Source: Eledone cirrhosa (Eukaryota). From it: a stretch of 64,000 nucleotides of DNA. The stretch covers positions 45,508,001 to 45,572,000 of the forward strand of contig OZ024750.1 of NCBI GenBank assembly GCA_964016885.1, given 5' to 3'. A program made the position numbers and the translations under genes. Of the stretch, positions 15,301 to 33,300 are shown one piece after another. The stretch's first letter is position 1. Every line of letters starts with the position of its first letter. The notes under the pieces are model-generated. The model ran no database searches. It was not told where the DNA came from and saw only the letters and a program-made list of their open reading frames with translations.

Positions 15301-18300
15301 ACAACCACACCAACTACAACCACACCAACTACAACCACATCAACTACAACCACATCAACTACAACCACACCAACTACAATCACACCAACTACAACCACAT
15401 CAACTACAACCACACCAACTACAACCACACCAACTACAACCACACCAACTACAACCACACCAACTACAACCACATCAACTACAACCACAGCAACTACAAC
15501 CACATCAACTACAACCACACCAACTACAACCACATCAACTACAACCACATCAACTACAACCACACCAACTACAACCACACCAACTACAACCACACCAACT
15601 ACAACCACACCAACTACAACCACATCAACTACAACCACACCAACTACAACCACATCAACTACAACCACACAATCTACAACCACATCAACTACAACCACAT
15701 CAACTACAACCACACCAACTACATCCACACCAACTACCACCACACCAACTACAACCACATCAACTACAACCACATCAACTACAACCACGCCGACTACAAC
15801 CACATCAACTACAACCACACCAACTACAACCACACCAACTACAACCACATCAACTACAACCACATCAACTACAACCACACCAACTACAACCACATCAACT
15901 ACAACCACATCAACTACAACCACACCAACTACAACCACATCAACTACAACCACACCAACTACAACCACACCAACTACAACCACATCAACTACAACCACAT
16001 CAACTACAACCACACCAACTACAACCACATCAACTACAACCACATCAACTACAACCACACCAACTACAACCACATCAACTACAACCACACCAACTATAAC
16101 CACATCAACTACAACCACACCAACTACAACCACACCAACTACAACCACACCAACTACAACCACATCAACTACAAGCACATCAACTACAACCACGCCAACT
16201 ACAACCACATCAACTACAACCACACCAACTACAACCACACCAACTACAACCACATCAACTACAACCACACCAACTACAACCACACCAACTACAACCGCAT
16301 CAACTACAACCACATCAACTACAACCACACCAAATACAACCACACCAACTACAACCACAACAAATACAACCACACCAACTACAACCACACCAACTACAAC
16401 CACATCAACTACAACCACCTAAACTACAACCACATCAACTACAACCACATCAACTACAACCACACCAACTATGACCACATCAACTACAACCACAACAACT
16501 ACAACCACATCAACTACAACCACATCAACTACAACCACACCAACTACAACCACACCAACTACAACCACACCAACTACAACCGCATCAACTACAACCACAT
16601 CAACTACAACCACACCAACTACATCCACACCAACTACAACCACATCAACTACAACCACACCAACTACAACCACAACAACTACAACCACACCAACTACAAC
16701 CACACCAACTACAACCACATCACCTACAACCACAACAACTACAACCACAACAACTACAACCACACCAACTACAACCACAACAACTACAACCACATCAACT
16801 ACAACCACCTAAACTACAACCACAACAACTACAACCACACCAACTACAACCACAGCAACTACAACCACATCAACTACAACCACCTAAACTACAACCACAT
16901 CAACTACAACCACATCAACTACAACCACACCAACTATGACCACATCAACTACAACCACAACAACTACAACCACATCAACTACAACCACATCAACTACAAC
17001 CACACCAACTACAACCACACCAACTACAACCACATCAACTACAACCACATCAACTACAACCACACCAACTACAATCACACCAACTACAACCACATCAACT
17101 ACAACCACACCAACTACAACCACACCAACTACAACCACACCAACTATGACCACATCAACTACAACCACAACAACTACAACCACATCAACTACAACCACAT
17201 CAACTACAACCACACCAACTACAACCACACCAACTACAACCACATCAACTACAACCACATCAACTACAACCACACCAACTACAATCACACCAACTACAAC
17301 CACATCAACTACAACCACACCAACTACAACCACACCAACTACAACCACACCAACTACAACCACACCAACTACAACCACATCAACTACAACCACAGCAACT
17401 ACAACCACATCAACTACAACCACACCAACTACAACCACATCAACTACAACCACATCAACTACAACCACACCAACTACAACCACACCAACTACAACCACAC
17501 CAACTACAACCACACCAACTACAACCACATCAACTACAACCACACCAACTACAACCACATCAACTACAACCACACAATCTACAACCACATCAACTACAAC
17601 CACATCAACTACAACCACACCAACTACATCCACACCAACTACCACCACACCAACTACAACCACATCAACTACAACCACATCAACTACAACCACGCCGACT
17701 ACAACCACATCAACTACAACCACACCAACTACAACCACACCAACTACAACCACATCAACTACAACCACATCAACTACAACCACACCAACTACAACCACAT
17801 CAACTACAACCACATCAACTACAACCACACCAACTACAACCACATCAACTACAACCACACCAACTACAACCACACCAACTACAACCACATCAACTACAAC
17901 CACATCAACTACAACCACACCAACTACAACCACATCAACTACAACCACATCAACTACAACCACACCAACTACAACCACATCAACTACAACCACACCAACT
18001 ATAACCACATCAACTACAACCACACCAACTACAACCACACCAACTACAACCACACCAACTACAACCACATCAACTACAAGCACATCAACTACAACCACGC
18101 CAACTACAACCACATCAACTACAACCACACCAACTACAACCACACCAACTACAACCACATCAACTACAACCACACCAACTACAACCACACCAACTACAAC
18201 CACACCAACTACAACCACATCAACTACAACCACATCAACTACAGCCACACCAACTACAACCACATCAAATACAACCACACCAACTACAACTACATCAACT

Positions 18301-21300
18301 ACAACCACATCAACTACAGCCACACCAATTACAACCACATCAACTACAACCACATCAACTACAACCACCTAAACTACAACCACATCAACTACAACCACAT
18401 CAACTACAACCACACCAACTATGACCACATCAACTACAACCACAACAACTACAACCACATCAACTACAACCACATCAACTACAACCACACCAACTACAAC
18501 CACACCAACTACAACCACACCAACTACAACCGCATCAACTACAACCACATCAACTACAACCACACCAACTACATCCACACCAACTACAACCACATCAACT
18601 ACAACCACACCAACTACAACCACAACAACTACAACCACACCAACTACAACCACACCAACTACAACCACATCACCTACAACCACACCAACTACAACCACAA
18701 CAACTACAACCACACCAACTACAACCACAGCAACTACAACCACATCAACTACAACCACCTAAACTACAACCACATCAACTACAACCACATCAACTACAAC
18801 CACACCAACTATGACCACATCAACTACAACCACAACAACTACAACCACATCAACTACAACCACATCAACTACAACCACACCAACTACAACCACACCAACT
18901 ACAACCACATCAACTACAACCACATCAACTACAACCACACCAACTACAATCACACCAACTACAACCACATCAACTACAACCACACCAACTACAACCACAC
19001 CAACTACAACCACACCAACTACAACCACACCAACTACAACCACATCAACTACAACCACACCAACTACAACCACATCAACTACAACCACACCAACTACAAC
19101 CACATCAACTACAACCACATCAACTACAACCACACCAACTACAACCACACCAACTACAACCACACCAACTACAACCACACCAACTACAACCACATCAACT
19201 ACAACCACACCAACTACAACCACATCAACTACAACCACACAATCTACAACCACATCAACTACAACCACATCAACTACAACCACACCAACTACATCCACAC
19301 CAACTACCACCACACCAACTACAACCACATCAACTACAACCACATCAACTACAACCACGCCGACTACAACCACATCAACTACAACCACACCAACTACAAC
19401 CACACCAACTACAACCACATCAACTACAACCACATCAACTACAACCACACCAACTACAACCACATCAACTACAACCACATCAACTACAACCACACCAACT
19501 ACAACCACATCAACTACAACCACACCAACTACAACCACACCAACTACAACCACATCAACTACAACCACATCAACTACAACCACACCAACTACAACCACAT
19601 CAACTACAACCACATCAACTACAACCACACCAACTACAACCACATCAACTACAACCACACCAACTACAACCACATCAACTACAACCACACCAACTACAAC
19701 CACACCAACTACAACCACACCAACTACAACCACATCAACTACAAGCACATCAACTACAACCACGCCAACTACAACCACATCAACTACAACCACACCAACT
19801 ACAACCACACCAACTACAACCACATCAACTACAACCACACCAACTACAACCACACCAACTACAACCACACCAACTACAACCACATCAACTACAACCACAT
19901 CAACTACAGCCACACCAACTACAACCACATCAAATACAACCACACCAACTACAACTACATCAACTACAACCACATCAACTACAGCCACACCAATTACAAC
20001 CACATCAACTACAACCACACCAACTACAACCACACCAACTACAACCACATCAACTACAACCACATCAACTACAACCACACCAACTACAACCACACCAACT
20101 ACAACTACATCAACTACAACCACATCAACTACAACCACACCAACTACAACCACACCAACTACAACTACATCAACTACAACCACAGCAACTACAACCACAT
20201 CAACTACAACCACACCAACTACAACCACATCAACTACAACCACATCAACTACAACCACATCAAATACAACCACACCAACTACAACCACCTAAACTACAAC
20301 CACATCAACTACAACCACATCAACTACAACCACATCAACTACAACCACATCAAATACAACCACACCAACTACAACCACCTAAACTACAACCACATCAACT
20401 ACAACCACACCAACTACAACCACATCAACTACAACCACATCAACTACAACCACATCAACTACAGCCACACCAACTACAACCACGCCAACTACAACCACAT
20501 CAACTACAACCACATCAACTACAACCACATCAACTACAGCCACACCAACTACAACCACATCAACTACAACCACATCAACTACAACCACACCAACTACAAC
20601 CACACCAACTACAACCACATCAACTACAACCACATCAACTACAAACACACCAACTACAACAACATCAACTACAGCCACACCAACTACAACCACATCAACT
20701 ACAACCACATCAACTACAGCCACACCAACTACAACCACATCAACTACAACCACACCAACTACAACCACATCAACTACAACCACATCAACTACAAGCACAC
20801 CAACTACAACCACACCAACTACAACCACACCAACTACAACCACACCAACTACAACCACATCAACTACAACCACACCAACTACAACCACATCAACTACAAC
20901 CACACAATCTACAACCACATCAACTACAACCACATCAACTACAACCACACCAACTACAACCACACCAACTACAACCATACCAACTAAAAACCACATCAAC
21001 TACAACCACATCAACTACAACCACGCCAACTACAACCACATCAACTACAACCACACCAACTACAACCACACCAACTACAACCACATCCACTACAAACACA
21101 TCAACTACAACCACACCAACTACAACCACATCATCTACAACCACATCAACTACAACCACACCAACTACAACCACATCAACTACAACCACACCAACTACAA
21201 CCACACCAACTACAACCACATCAACTACAACCACGCCAACTACAACCACATCAACTACAACCACACCAACTACAACCACACCAACTACAACCACACCAAC

Positions 21301-24300
21301 TACAACCACATCAACTACAACCACATCAACTACAACCACACCAACTACAATCACACCAACTACAACCACATCAACTACAACCACACCAACTACAACCACA
21401 CCAACTACAACCACACCAACTACAACCACACCAACTACAACCACATCAACTACAACCACACCAACTACAACCACATCAACTACAACCACACCAACTACAA
21501 CCACATCAACTACAACCACATCAACTACAACCACACCAACTACAACCACACCAACTACAACCACACCAACTACAACCACACCAACTACAACCACATCAAC
21601 TACAACCACACCAACTACAACCACATCAACTACAACCACACAATCTACAACCACATCAACTACAACCACATCGACTACAACCACACCAACTACATCCACA
21701 CCAACTACCACCACACCAACTACAACCACATCAACTACAACCACATCAACTACAACCACGCCAACTACAACCACACCAACTACAACCACACCAACTACAA
21801 CCACATCAACTACAACCACATCAACTACAACCACACCAACTACAACGACATCAACTACAACCACATCAACTACAACCACACCAACTACAACCACATCAAC
21901 TACAACCACACCAACTACAACCACACCAACTACAACCACATCAACTACAACCACATCAACTACAACCACACCAACTACAACCACATCAACTACAACCACA
22001 TCAACTACAACCACACCAACTACAACCACATCAACTACAACCACACCAACTACAACCACATCAACTACAACCACACCAACTACAACCACACCAACTACAA
22101 CCACACCAACTACAACCACATCAACTACAAGCACATCAACTACAACCGCGCCAACTACAACCACATCAACTACAACCACACCAACTACAACCACACCAAC
22201 TACAACCACATCAACTACAACCACACCAACTACAACCACACCAACTACAACCACACCAACTACAACCACATCAACTACAACCACATCAACTACAGCCACA
22301 CCAACTACAACCACATCAAATACAACCACACCAACTACAACTACATCAACTACAACCACATCAACTACAGCCACACCAATTACAACCACATCAACTACAA
22401 CCACACCAACTACAACCACACCAACTACAACCACATCAACTACAACCACATCAACTACAACCACACCAACTACAAGCACACCAACTACAACTACATCAAC
22501 TACAACCACATCAACTACAACCACACCAACTACAACCACAACAACTACAACTACATCAACTACAACCACAGCAACTACAACCACATCAACTACAACCACA
22601 CCAACTACAACCACATCAACTACAACCACATCAACTACAACCACATCAAATACAACCACACCAACTACAACCACCTAAACTACAACCACATCAACTACAA
22701 CCACATCAACTACAACCACATCAACTACAACCACATCAAATACAACCACACCAACTACAACCACCTAAACTACAACCACATCAACTACAACCACACCAAC
22801 TACAACCACATCAACTACAACCACATCAACTACAACCACATCAACTACAGCCACACCAACTACAACCACGCCAACTACAACCACATCAACTACAACCACA
22901 TCAACTACAACCACATCAACTACAGCCACACCAACTACAACCACATCAACTACAACCACATCAACTACAACCACACCAACTACAACCACACCAACTACAA
23001 CCACATCAACTACAACCACATCAACTACAACCACACCAACTACAACAACATCAACTACAGCCACACCAACTACAACCACATCAACTACAACCACATCAAC
23101 TACAGCCACACCAACTACAACCACATCAACTACAACCACACCAACTACAACCACATCAACTACAACCACATCAACTACAAGCACACCAACTACAACCACA
23201 CCAACTACAACCACAACAACTACAACCACACCAACTACAACCACATCAACTACAACCACACCAACTACAACCACATCAACTACAACCACACAATCTACAA
23301 CCACATCAACTACAACCACATCAACTACAACCACACCAACTACAACCACACCAACTACAACCACACCAACTAAAAACCACATCAACTACAACCACATCAA
23401 CTACAACCACGCCAACTACAACCACATCAACTACAACCACACCAACTACAACCACACCAACTACAACCACATCCACTACAAACACATCAACTACAACCAC
23501 ACCAACTACAACCACATCATCTACAACCACATCAACTACAACCACACCAACTACAACCACATCAACTACAACCACACCAACTACAACCACACCAACTACA
23601 ACCACATCAACTACAACCACGCCAACTACAACCACATCAACTACAACCACACCAACTACAACCACACCAACTACAACCACATCCACTACAAACACATCAA
23701 CTACAACCACACCAACTACAACCACATCAACTACAACCACATCAACTACAACCACACCAACTACAACCACATCAACTACAACCACACCAACTACAACCAC
23801 ATCAACTACAACCACACCAACTACAACCACACCAACTACAACCACATCAACTACAACCACATCAACTACAACCACACCAACTACAACCACAACAACTACA
23901 ACCACATCAACTACAACCACAGCAACTACAACCACACCAACTACAACCACATCAACTACAACGATATCAACTACAACCACACCAACTACAACTACATCAA
24001 CTACAAGCACATCAACTACAGCCACACCAACTACAACCACATCAAATACAACCACACCAACTACAACCACACCAACTACAACCACATCAACTACAACCAC
24101 ATCAACTACAACCACACCAACTACAACCACACCAACTACAACTACATCAACTACAACCATATCAACTACAGCCACACCAACTACAACCACATCAACTACA
24201 ACCACATCAACTACAACCACACCAACTACAACCACATCAACTACAACCACATCAACTACAGCCACACCAACTACAACCACGCCAACTACAACCACAGCAA

Positions 24301-27300
24301 CTACAACCACATCAATTACAACCACACCAATTACAACCACATCAACTACAACCACTTCAACTACAACCACATCAAATACAACCACACCAACTACAACCAC
24401 CTAAACTACAACCACATCAACTGCAACCACATCAACTACAACCACATCAACTACAACCACATCAAATACAACCACACCAACTACAACCACGTAAACTACA
24501 ACCACATCAACTACAACCACACCAACTACAACCACATCAACTACAACCACATCAACTACAACCACATCAACTACAGCCACACCAACTACAACCACGCCAA
24601 CTACAAGCACATCAACTACAACCACATCAACTACAACCACATCAACTACAACCACATCAACTACAGCCACATCAACTACAACCACATCAACTACAACCAC
24701 ATCAACTACAACCACATCAACTACAACCACATCAACTACAGCCACACCAACTACAACCACATCAACTACAACCACACCAACTACAACCACATCAACTACA
24801 GCCACACCAACTACAACCACATCAACTACAACCACATCAACTACAGCCACACCAACTACAACCACATCAACTACAACCACACCAACTACAACCTAACCAA
24901 CTATAACCACATCAACTACAACCACAACAAACATAGATCCACACCAACTACAACCACATCAACTACAGCCACACCAACTACAACCACCTAAACTACAACC
25001 ACATCAACTACAACCACATCAACTACAACCACATCAACTACAGCCACACCAACTACAACCACATCAACTACAACCACATCAACTACATCCACACCAACTA
25101 CAACCACACCAACTACAACCACACCAACTATAACCACATCAACTACAACCACATCAACTACAGCCACACCAACTACAACCACATCAACTACAGCCACACC
25201 AACTACAACCACATCAACTACAGCCACACCAACTACAACCACATCAACTACAACCACATCAACTAAAGCCACACCAACTACAACCACATCAATTACAACC
25301 ACATCAACTACAACAACATCAACTACAGCCACACCAACTACAACCACATCAACTACAACCACATCAACTACAACCACACCAACTACAGCCACACCAACTA
25401 CAGCCACACCAACTACAAGCACATCAACTACAACCACACCAACTACAACCACATCAACTACAACCACATCAACTACAACCACACCAACTACAGCCACACC
25501 AACTACAGCCACACCAACTACAAGCACATCAACTACAAGCACATCAACTACAAGCACATGAACTACAGCCACACCAACTACAACTACATCAACTACAACC
25601 ACATCAACTACAGCCACACCAACTACAACCACATCAACTACAACCACACCAACTACAACCACATCTACTACAATCACATCAAATACAACCACACCAACTA
25701 CAACCACATCAACTACAACCACACCAACTACAACCACATCAACTACAACCACACCAACTACAACCACATCAACTACAACCACACCAACTACAACCACATC
25801 AACTACAACCACACCAACTACAACCACATCAACTACAACCACACCAACTACAACCACATCAACTACAACCACATCAACTACAACCACATCAACTACAACC
25901 ACACCAACTACAACCACATCAACTACAACCACACCAACTACAACCACATCAACTACAACCACACCAACTACAAGCACATCAACTACAACCACATCAACTA
26001 CAGCCACACCAACTACAACCACACCAAATACAACCACATCAACTACAGCCACACCAACTACAACCACATCAACTACAACCACACCAACTACAACCACATC
26101 TACTACAACAACATCAAATACAACCACATCAACTACAACCACATCAACTACAACCACATCTACTACAACCACACCAACCACAACCACATCTACTACAACC
26201 ACATCAAATACAACCACATCAACTACAACCACACCAACTACAACCACATCAACTACAGCCACACCAACTACAACCACACCAACTACAACCACATCAACTA
26301 CATCCACACCAACTACAACCACATCGACTACAACCACATCAACTACAGCCACACCAACTACAACCACATCAACTACATCCACACCAACTACAACCACATC
26401 AACTACAACCACATCAAATACAGCCACACCAACTACAACCACACCAACTACAACCACATCAACTACAGCCACACCAACTACAACCACATCAACTACATCC
26501 ACACCAACTACAACCACATCAACTACAACCACATCAACTACATCCACACCAACTACAACCACATCACCTACAACCACATCAACTACAGCCACACCAACTA
26601 CAACCACATCAACTACATCCACACCAACTACAACCACATCAACTACAAACACATCAAATACAGCCACACCAACTACAACCACATCAACTACAACCACATC
26701 AACTACAACCACATCAACTACAGCCACACCAACTACAACCACATCAACTACAACCACACCAACTACAACCACATCTACTACAATCACATCAAATACAACC
26801 ACACCAACTACAACCACATCAACTACAACCACACCAACTACAACCACATCAACTACAACCACACCAACTACAACCACATCAACTACAACCACACCAACTA
26901 CAACCACATCAACTACAACCACACCAACTACAACCACATCAACTACAACCACACCAACTACAACCACATCAACTACAACCACATCAACTACAACCACATC
27001 AACTACAACCACACCAACTACAACCACATCAACTACAACCACACCAACTACAACCACATCAACTACAACCACACCAACTACAAGCACATCAACTACAACC
27101 ACATCAACTACAGCCACACCAACTACAACCACACCAACTACAACCACATCAACTACAGCCACACCAACTACAACCACATCTACTACAACCACACCAACCA
27201 CAACCACATCTACTACAACCACATCAAATACAACCACATCAACTACAACCACACCAACTACAACCACATCAACTACAGCCACACCAACTACAACCACACC

Positions 27301-30300
27301 AACTACAACCACATCAACTACATCCACACCAACTACAACCACATCAACTACATCCACACCAACTACAACCACATCAACTACAACCACATCAACTACATCC
27401 ACACCAACTACAACCACATCAACTACAACCACATCAACTACAGCCACACCAACTACAACCACATCAACTACATCCACACCAACTACAACCACATCAACTA
27501 CAACCACATCAAATACAGCCACACCAACTACAACCACATCAACTACAACCACATCAACTACAACCACATCAACTACAGCCACACCAACTACAACCACATC
27601 AACTACAACCACACCAACTACAACCACATCTACTACAATCACATCAAATACAACCACACCAACTACAACCACATCAACTACAACCACACCAACTACAACC
27701 ACATCAACTACAACCACACCAACTACAACCACATCAACTACAACCACACCAACTACAACCACATCAACTACAACCACACCAACTACAACCACATCAACTA
27801 CAACCACACCAACTACAACCACATCAACTACAACCACATCAACTACAACCACATCAACTACAACCACACCAACTACAACCACATCAACTACAACCACACC
27901 AACTACAACCACATCAACTACAACCACACCAACTACAAGCACATCAACTACAACCACATCAACTACAGCCACACCAACTACAACCACACCAACTACAACC
28001 ACATCAACTACAGCCACACCAACTACAACCACATCTACTACAACCACACCAACCACAACCACATCTACTACAACCACATCAAATACAACCACATCAACTA
28101 CAACCACACCAACTACAACCACATCAACTACAGCCACACCAACTACAACCACACCAACTACAACCACATCAACTACATCCACACCAACTACAACCACATC
28201 AACTACAACCACATCAACTACAGCCACACCAACTACAACCACATCAACTACATCCACACCAACTACAACCACATCAACTACAACCACATCAAATACAGCC
28301 ACACCAACTACAACCACACCAACTACAACCACATCAGCTACAGCCACACCAACTACAACCACATCAACTACATCCACACCAACTACAACCACATCAACTA
28401 CAACCACATCAACTACATCCACACCAACTACAACCACATCAACTACAACCACATCAACTACAGCCACACCAACTACAACCACATCAACTACATCCACACC
28501 AACTACAACCACATCAACTACAACCACATCAAATACAGCCACACCAACTACAACCACATCAACTACAACCACATCAACTACATCCACACCAAATACAACC
28601 ACATCAACTACAACCACATCAACTACATCCACACCAACTACAACCACACCAACTACAACCACATCAACTACATCCACACCAACTACAATCACATCAACTA
28701 CAACCACATGAACTACATCCACACCAACTACATCCACACCAAATACAACCACATCAACTACAACCACATCAACTACATCCACACCAACTACAACCACACC
28801 AACTACAACCACATCAACTACATCCACACCAACTACAATCACATCAACTACAACCACATGAACTACATCCACACCAACTACATCCACACCAACTACAACC
28901 ACACCAACTACAACCACATCAACTACATCCACACCAACTACAACCACACCAACTACAACCACATGAACTACATCCACACCAACTACAATCACATCAACTA
29001 CATCCACACCAACTACAACCACATCAACTACAACCACATCAACTACAGCCACACCAACTACAACCGCATCAACTACAACCACACTAACTACAACCACACC
29101 AACTACAACCACATCAACTACAACCACATCAACTACAACCACACCAACTACAATCACATCAACTACAGCCACATCAACTACAACCGCATCAACTAGAACC
29201 ACAACAACTTCAACCACACCAACTACAACCACATCAACTACAACCACACCAACTACAACCACACGAACTACAACCACACCAACTACAACCACACCAACTA
29301 CAACCACATCAACTACAGCCACACCAATTACAACCACATCAACTACAACCACACCAACTAAAACCACACCAACTACAACCACATCAACTACAACCACATC
29401 AACTACAACCACACCAACTACAACCACACCAACTACAACTACATCAACTACAACCACATCAACTACAACCACACCAACTACAACCACACCAACTACAACT
29501 ACATCAACTACAACCACAGCAACTACAACCACATCAACTACAACCACACCAACTACAACCACATCAACTACAACCACATCAACTACAACCACATCAAATA
29601 CAACCACACCAACTACAACCACCTAAACTACAACCACATCAACTACAACCACATCAACTACAACCACATCAACAACAACCACATCAAATACAACCACACC
29701 AACTACAACCACCTAAACTACAACCACATCAACTACAACCACACCAACTACAACCACATCAACTACAACCACATCAACTACAACCACATCAACTACAGCC
29801 ACACCAACTACAACCACGCCAACTACAACCACATCAACTACAACCACATCAACTACAACCACATCAACTACAGCCACACCAACTACAACCACATCAACTA
29901 CAACCACATCAACTACAACCACACCAACTACAACCACACCAACTACAACCACATCAACTACAACCACATCAACTACAACCACACCAACTACAACCACATC
30001 AACTACAACCACATCTACTACAACCACATCAAATACAACCACATCAACTACAACCACACCAACTACAACCACATCAACTACAGCCACACCAACTACAACC
30101 ACACCAACTACAACCACATCAACTACATCCACACCAACTACAACCACATCAACTACATCCACACCAACTACAACCACATCAACTACAACCACATCAACTA
30201 CATCCACACCAACTACAACCACATCAACTACAACCACATCAACTACAGCCACACCAACTACAACCACATCAACTACATCCACACCAACTACAACCACATC

Positions 30301-33300
30301 AACTACAACCACATCAAATACAGCCACACCAACTACAACCACATCAACTACAACCACATCAACTACAACCACATCAACTACAGCCACACCAACTACAACC
30401 ACATCAACTACAACCACACCAACTACAACCACATCTACTACAATCACATCAAATACAACCACACCAACTACAACCACATCAACTACAACCACACCAACTA
30501 CAACCACATCAACTACAACCACACCAACTACAACCACATCAACTACAACCACACCAACTACAACCACATCAACTACAACCACACCAACTACAACCACATC
30601 AACTACAACCACACCAACTACAACCACATCAACTACAACCACATCAACTACAACCACATCAACTACAACCACACCAACTACAACCACATCAACTACAACC
30701 ACACCAACTACAACCACATCAACTTCAACCACACCAACTACAAGCACATCAACTACAACCACATCAACTACAGCCACACCAACTACAACCACACCAACTA
30801 CAACCACATCAACTACAGCCACACCAACTACAACCAAATCTACTACAACCACACCAACCACAACCACATCTACTACAACCACATCAAATACAACCACATC
30901 AACTACAACCACACCAACTACAACCACATCAACTACAGCCACACCAACTACAACCACACCAACTACAACCACATCAACTACATCCACACCAACTACAACC
31001 ACATCAACTACAACCACATCAACTACAGCCACACCAACTACAACCACATCAACTACATCCACACCAACTACAACCACATCAACTACAACCACATCAAATA
31101 CAGCCACACCAACTACAACCACACCAACTACAACCACATCAGCTACAGCCACACCAACTACAACCACATCAACTACATCCACACCAACTACAACCACATC
31201 AACTACAACCACATCAACTACATCCACACCAACTACAACCACATCAACTACAACCACATCAACTACAGCCACACCAACTACAACCACATCAACTACATCC
31301 ACACCAACTACAACCACATCAACTACAACCACATCAAATACAGCCACACCAACTACAACCACATCAACTACAACCACATCAACTACATCCACACCAAATA
31401 CAACCACATCAACTACAACCACATCAACTACATCCACACCAACTACAACCACACCAACTACAACCACATCAACTACATCCACACCAACTACAATCACATC
31501 AACTACAACCACATGAACTACATCCACACCAACTACAACCACACCAACTACAACCACATCAACTACATCCACACCAACTACAATCACATCAACTACAACC
31601 ACATGAACTACATCCACACCAACTACATCCACACCAACTACAACCACATCAACTACAACCACATCAACTACATCCCACCAACTACAACCACACCAACTAC
31701 AACCACATCAACTACATCCACACCAACTACAATCACATCAACTACAACCACATGAACTACATCCACACCAACTACATCCACACCAACTACAACCACACCA
31801 ACTACAACCACATCAACTACATCCACACCAACTACAACCACACCAACTACAACCACATGAACTACATCCACACCAACTACAATCACATCAACTACATCCA
31901 CACCAACTACAACCACATCAACTACAACCACATCAACTACAGCCACACCAACTACAACCGCATCAACTACAACCACACTAACTACAACCACACCAACTAC
32001 AACCACATCAACTACAACCACATCAACTGCAACCACACCAACTACAATCACATCAACTACAGCCACATCAACTACAACCGCATCAACTAGAACCACAACA
32101 ACTTCAACCACACCAACTACAACCACATCAACTACAACCACACCAACTACAACCACACCAACTACAACCACACCAACTACAACCACACCAACTACAACCA
32201 CACCAACTACAACCACACCAACTACAACTACATCAACTACAACCACAGCAACTACAACCACATCAACTACAACCACACCAACTACAACCACATCAACTAC
32301 AACCACATCAACTACAACCACATCAAATACAACCACACCAACTACAACCACCTAAACTACAACCACATCAACTACAACCACATCAACTACAACCACATCA
32401 ACAACAACCACATCAAATACAACCACACCAACTACAACCACCTAAACTACAACCACATCAACTACAACCACACCAACTACAACCACATCAACTACAACCA
32501 CATCAACTACAACCACATCAACTACAGCCACACCAACTACAACCACGCCAACTACAACCACATCAACTACAACCACATCAACTACAACCACATCAACTAC
32601 AGCCACACCAACTACAACCACATCAACTACAACCACATCAACTACAACCACACCAACTACAACCACACCAACTACAACCACACCAACTACAACCACACCA
32701 ACTACAACCACATCAACTACAACCACACCAACTACAACCACATCAACTACAACCACACAATCTACAACCACATCAACTACAACCACATCAACTACAACCA
32801 CACCAACTACAACCACACCAACTACAACCACACCAACTAAAAACCACATCAACTACAACCACATCAACTACAACCACGCCAACTACAACCACATCAACTA
32901 CAACCATACCAACTACAACCACACCAACTACAACCACATCCACTACAAACACATCAACTACAACCACACCAACTACAACCACATCATCTACAACCACATC
33001 AACTACAACCACACCAACTACAACCACATCAACTACAACCACACCAACTACAACCACACCAACTACAACCACATCAACTACAACCACGCCAACTACAACC
33101 ACATCAACTACAACCACACTAACTACAACCACACCAACTACAACCACATCCACTACAAACACATCAACTACAACCACACCAACTACAACCACATCAACTA
33201 CAACCACATCAACTACAACCACACCAACTACAACCACATCAACTACAACCACACCAACTACAACCACATCAACTACAACCACACCAACTATAACCACACC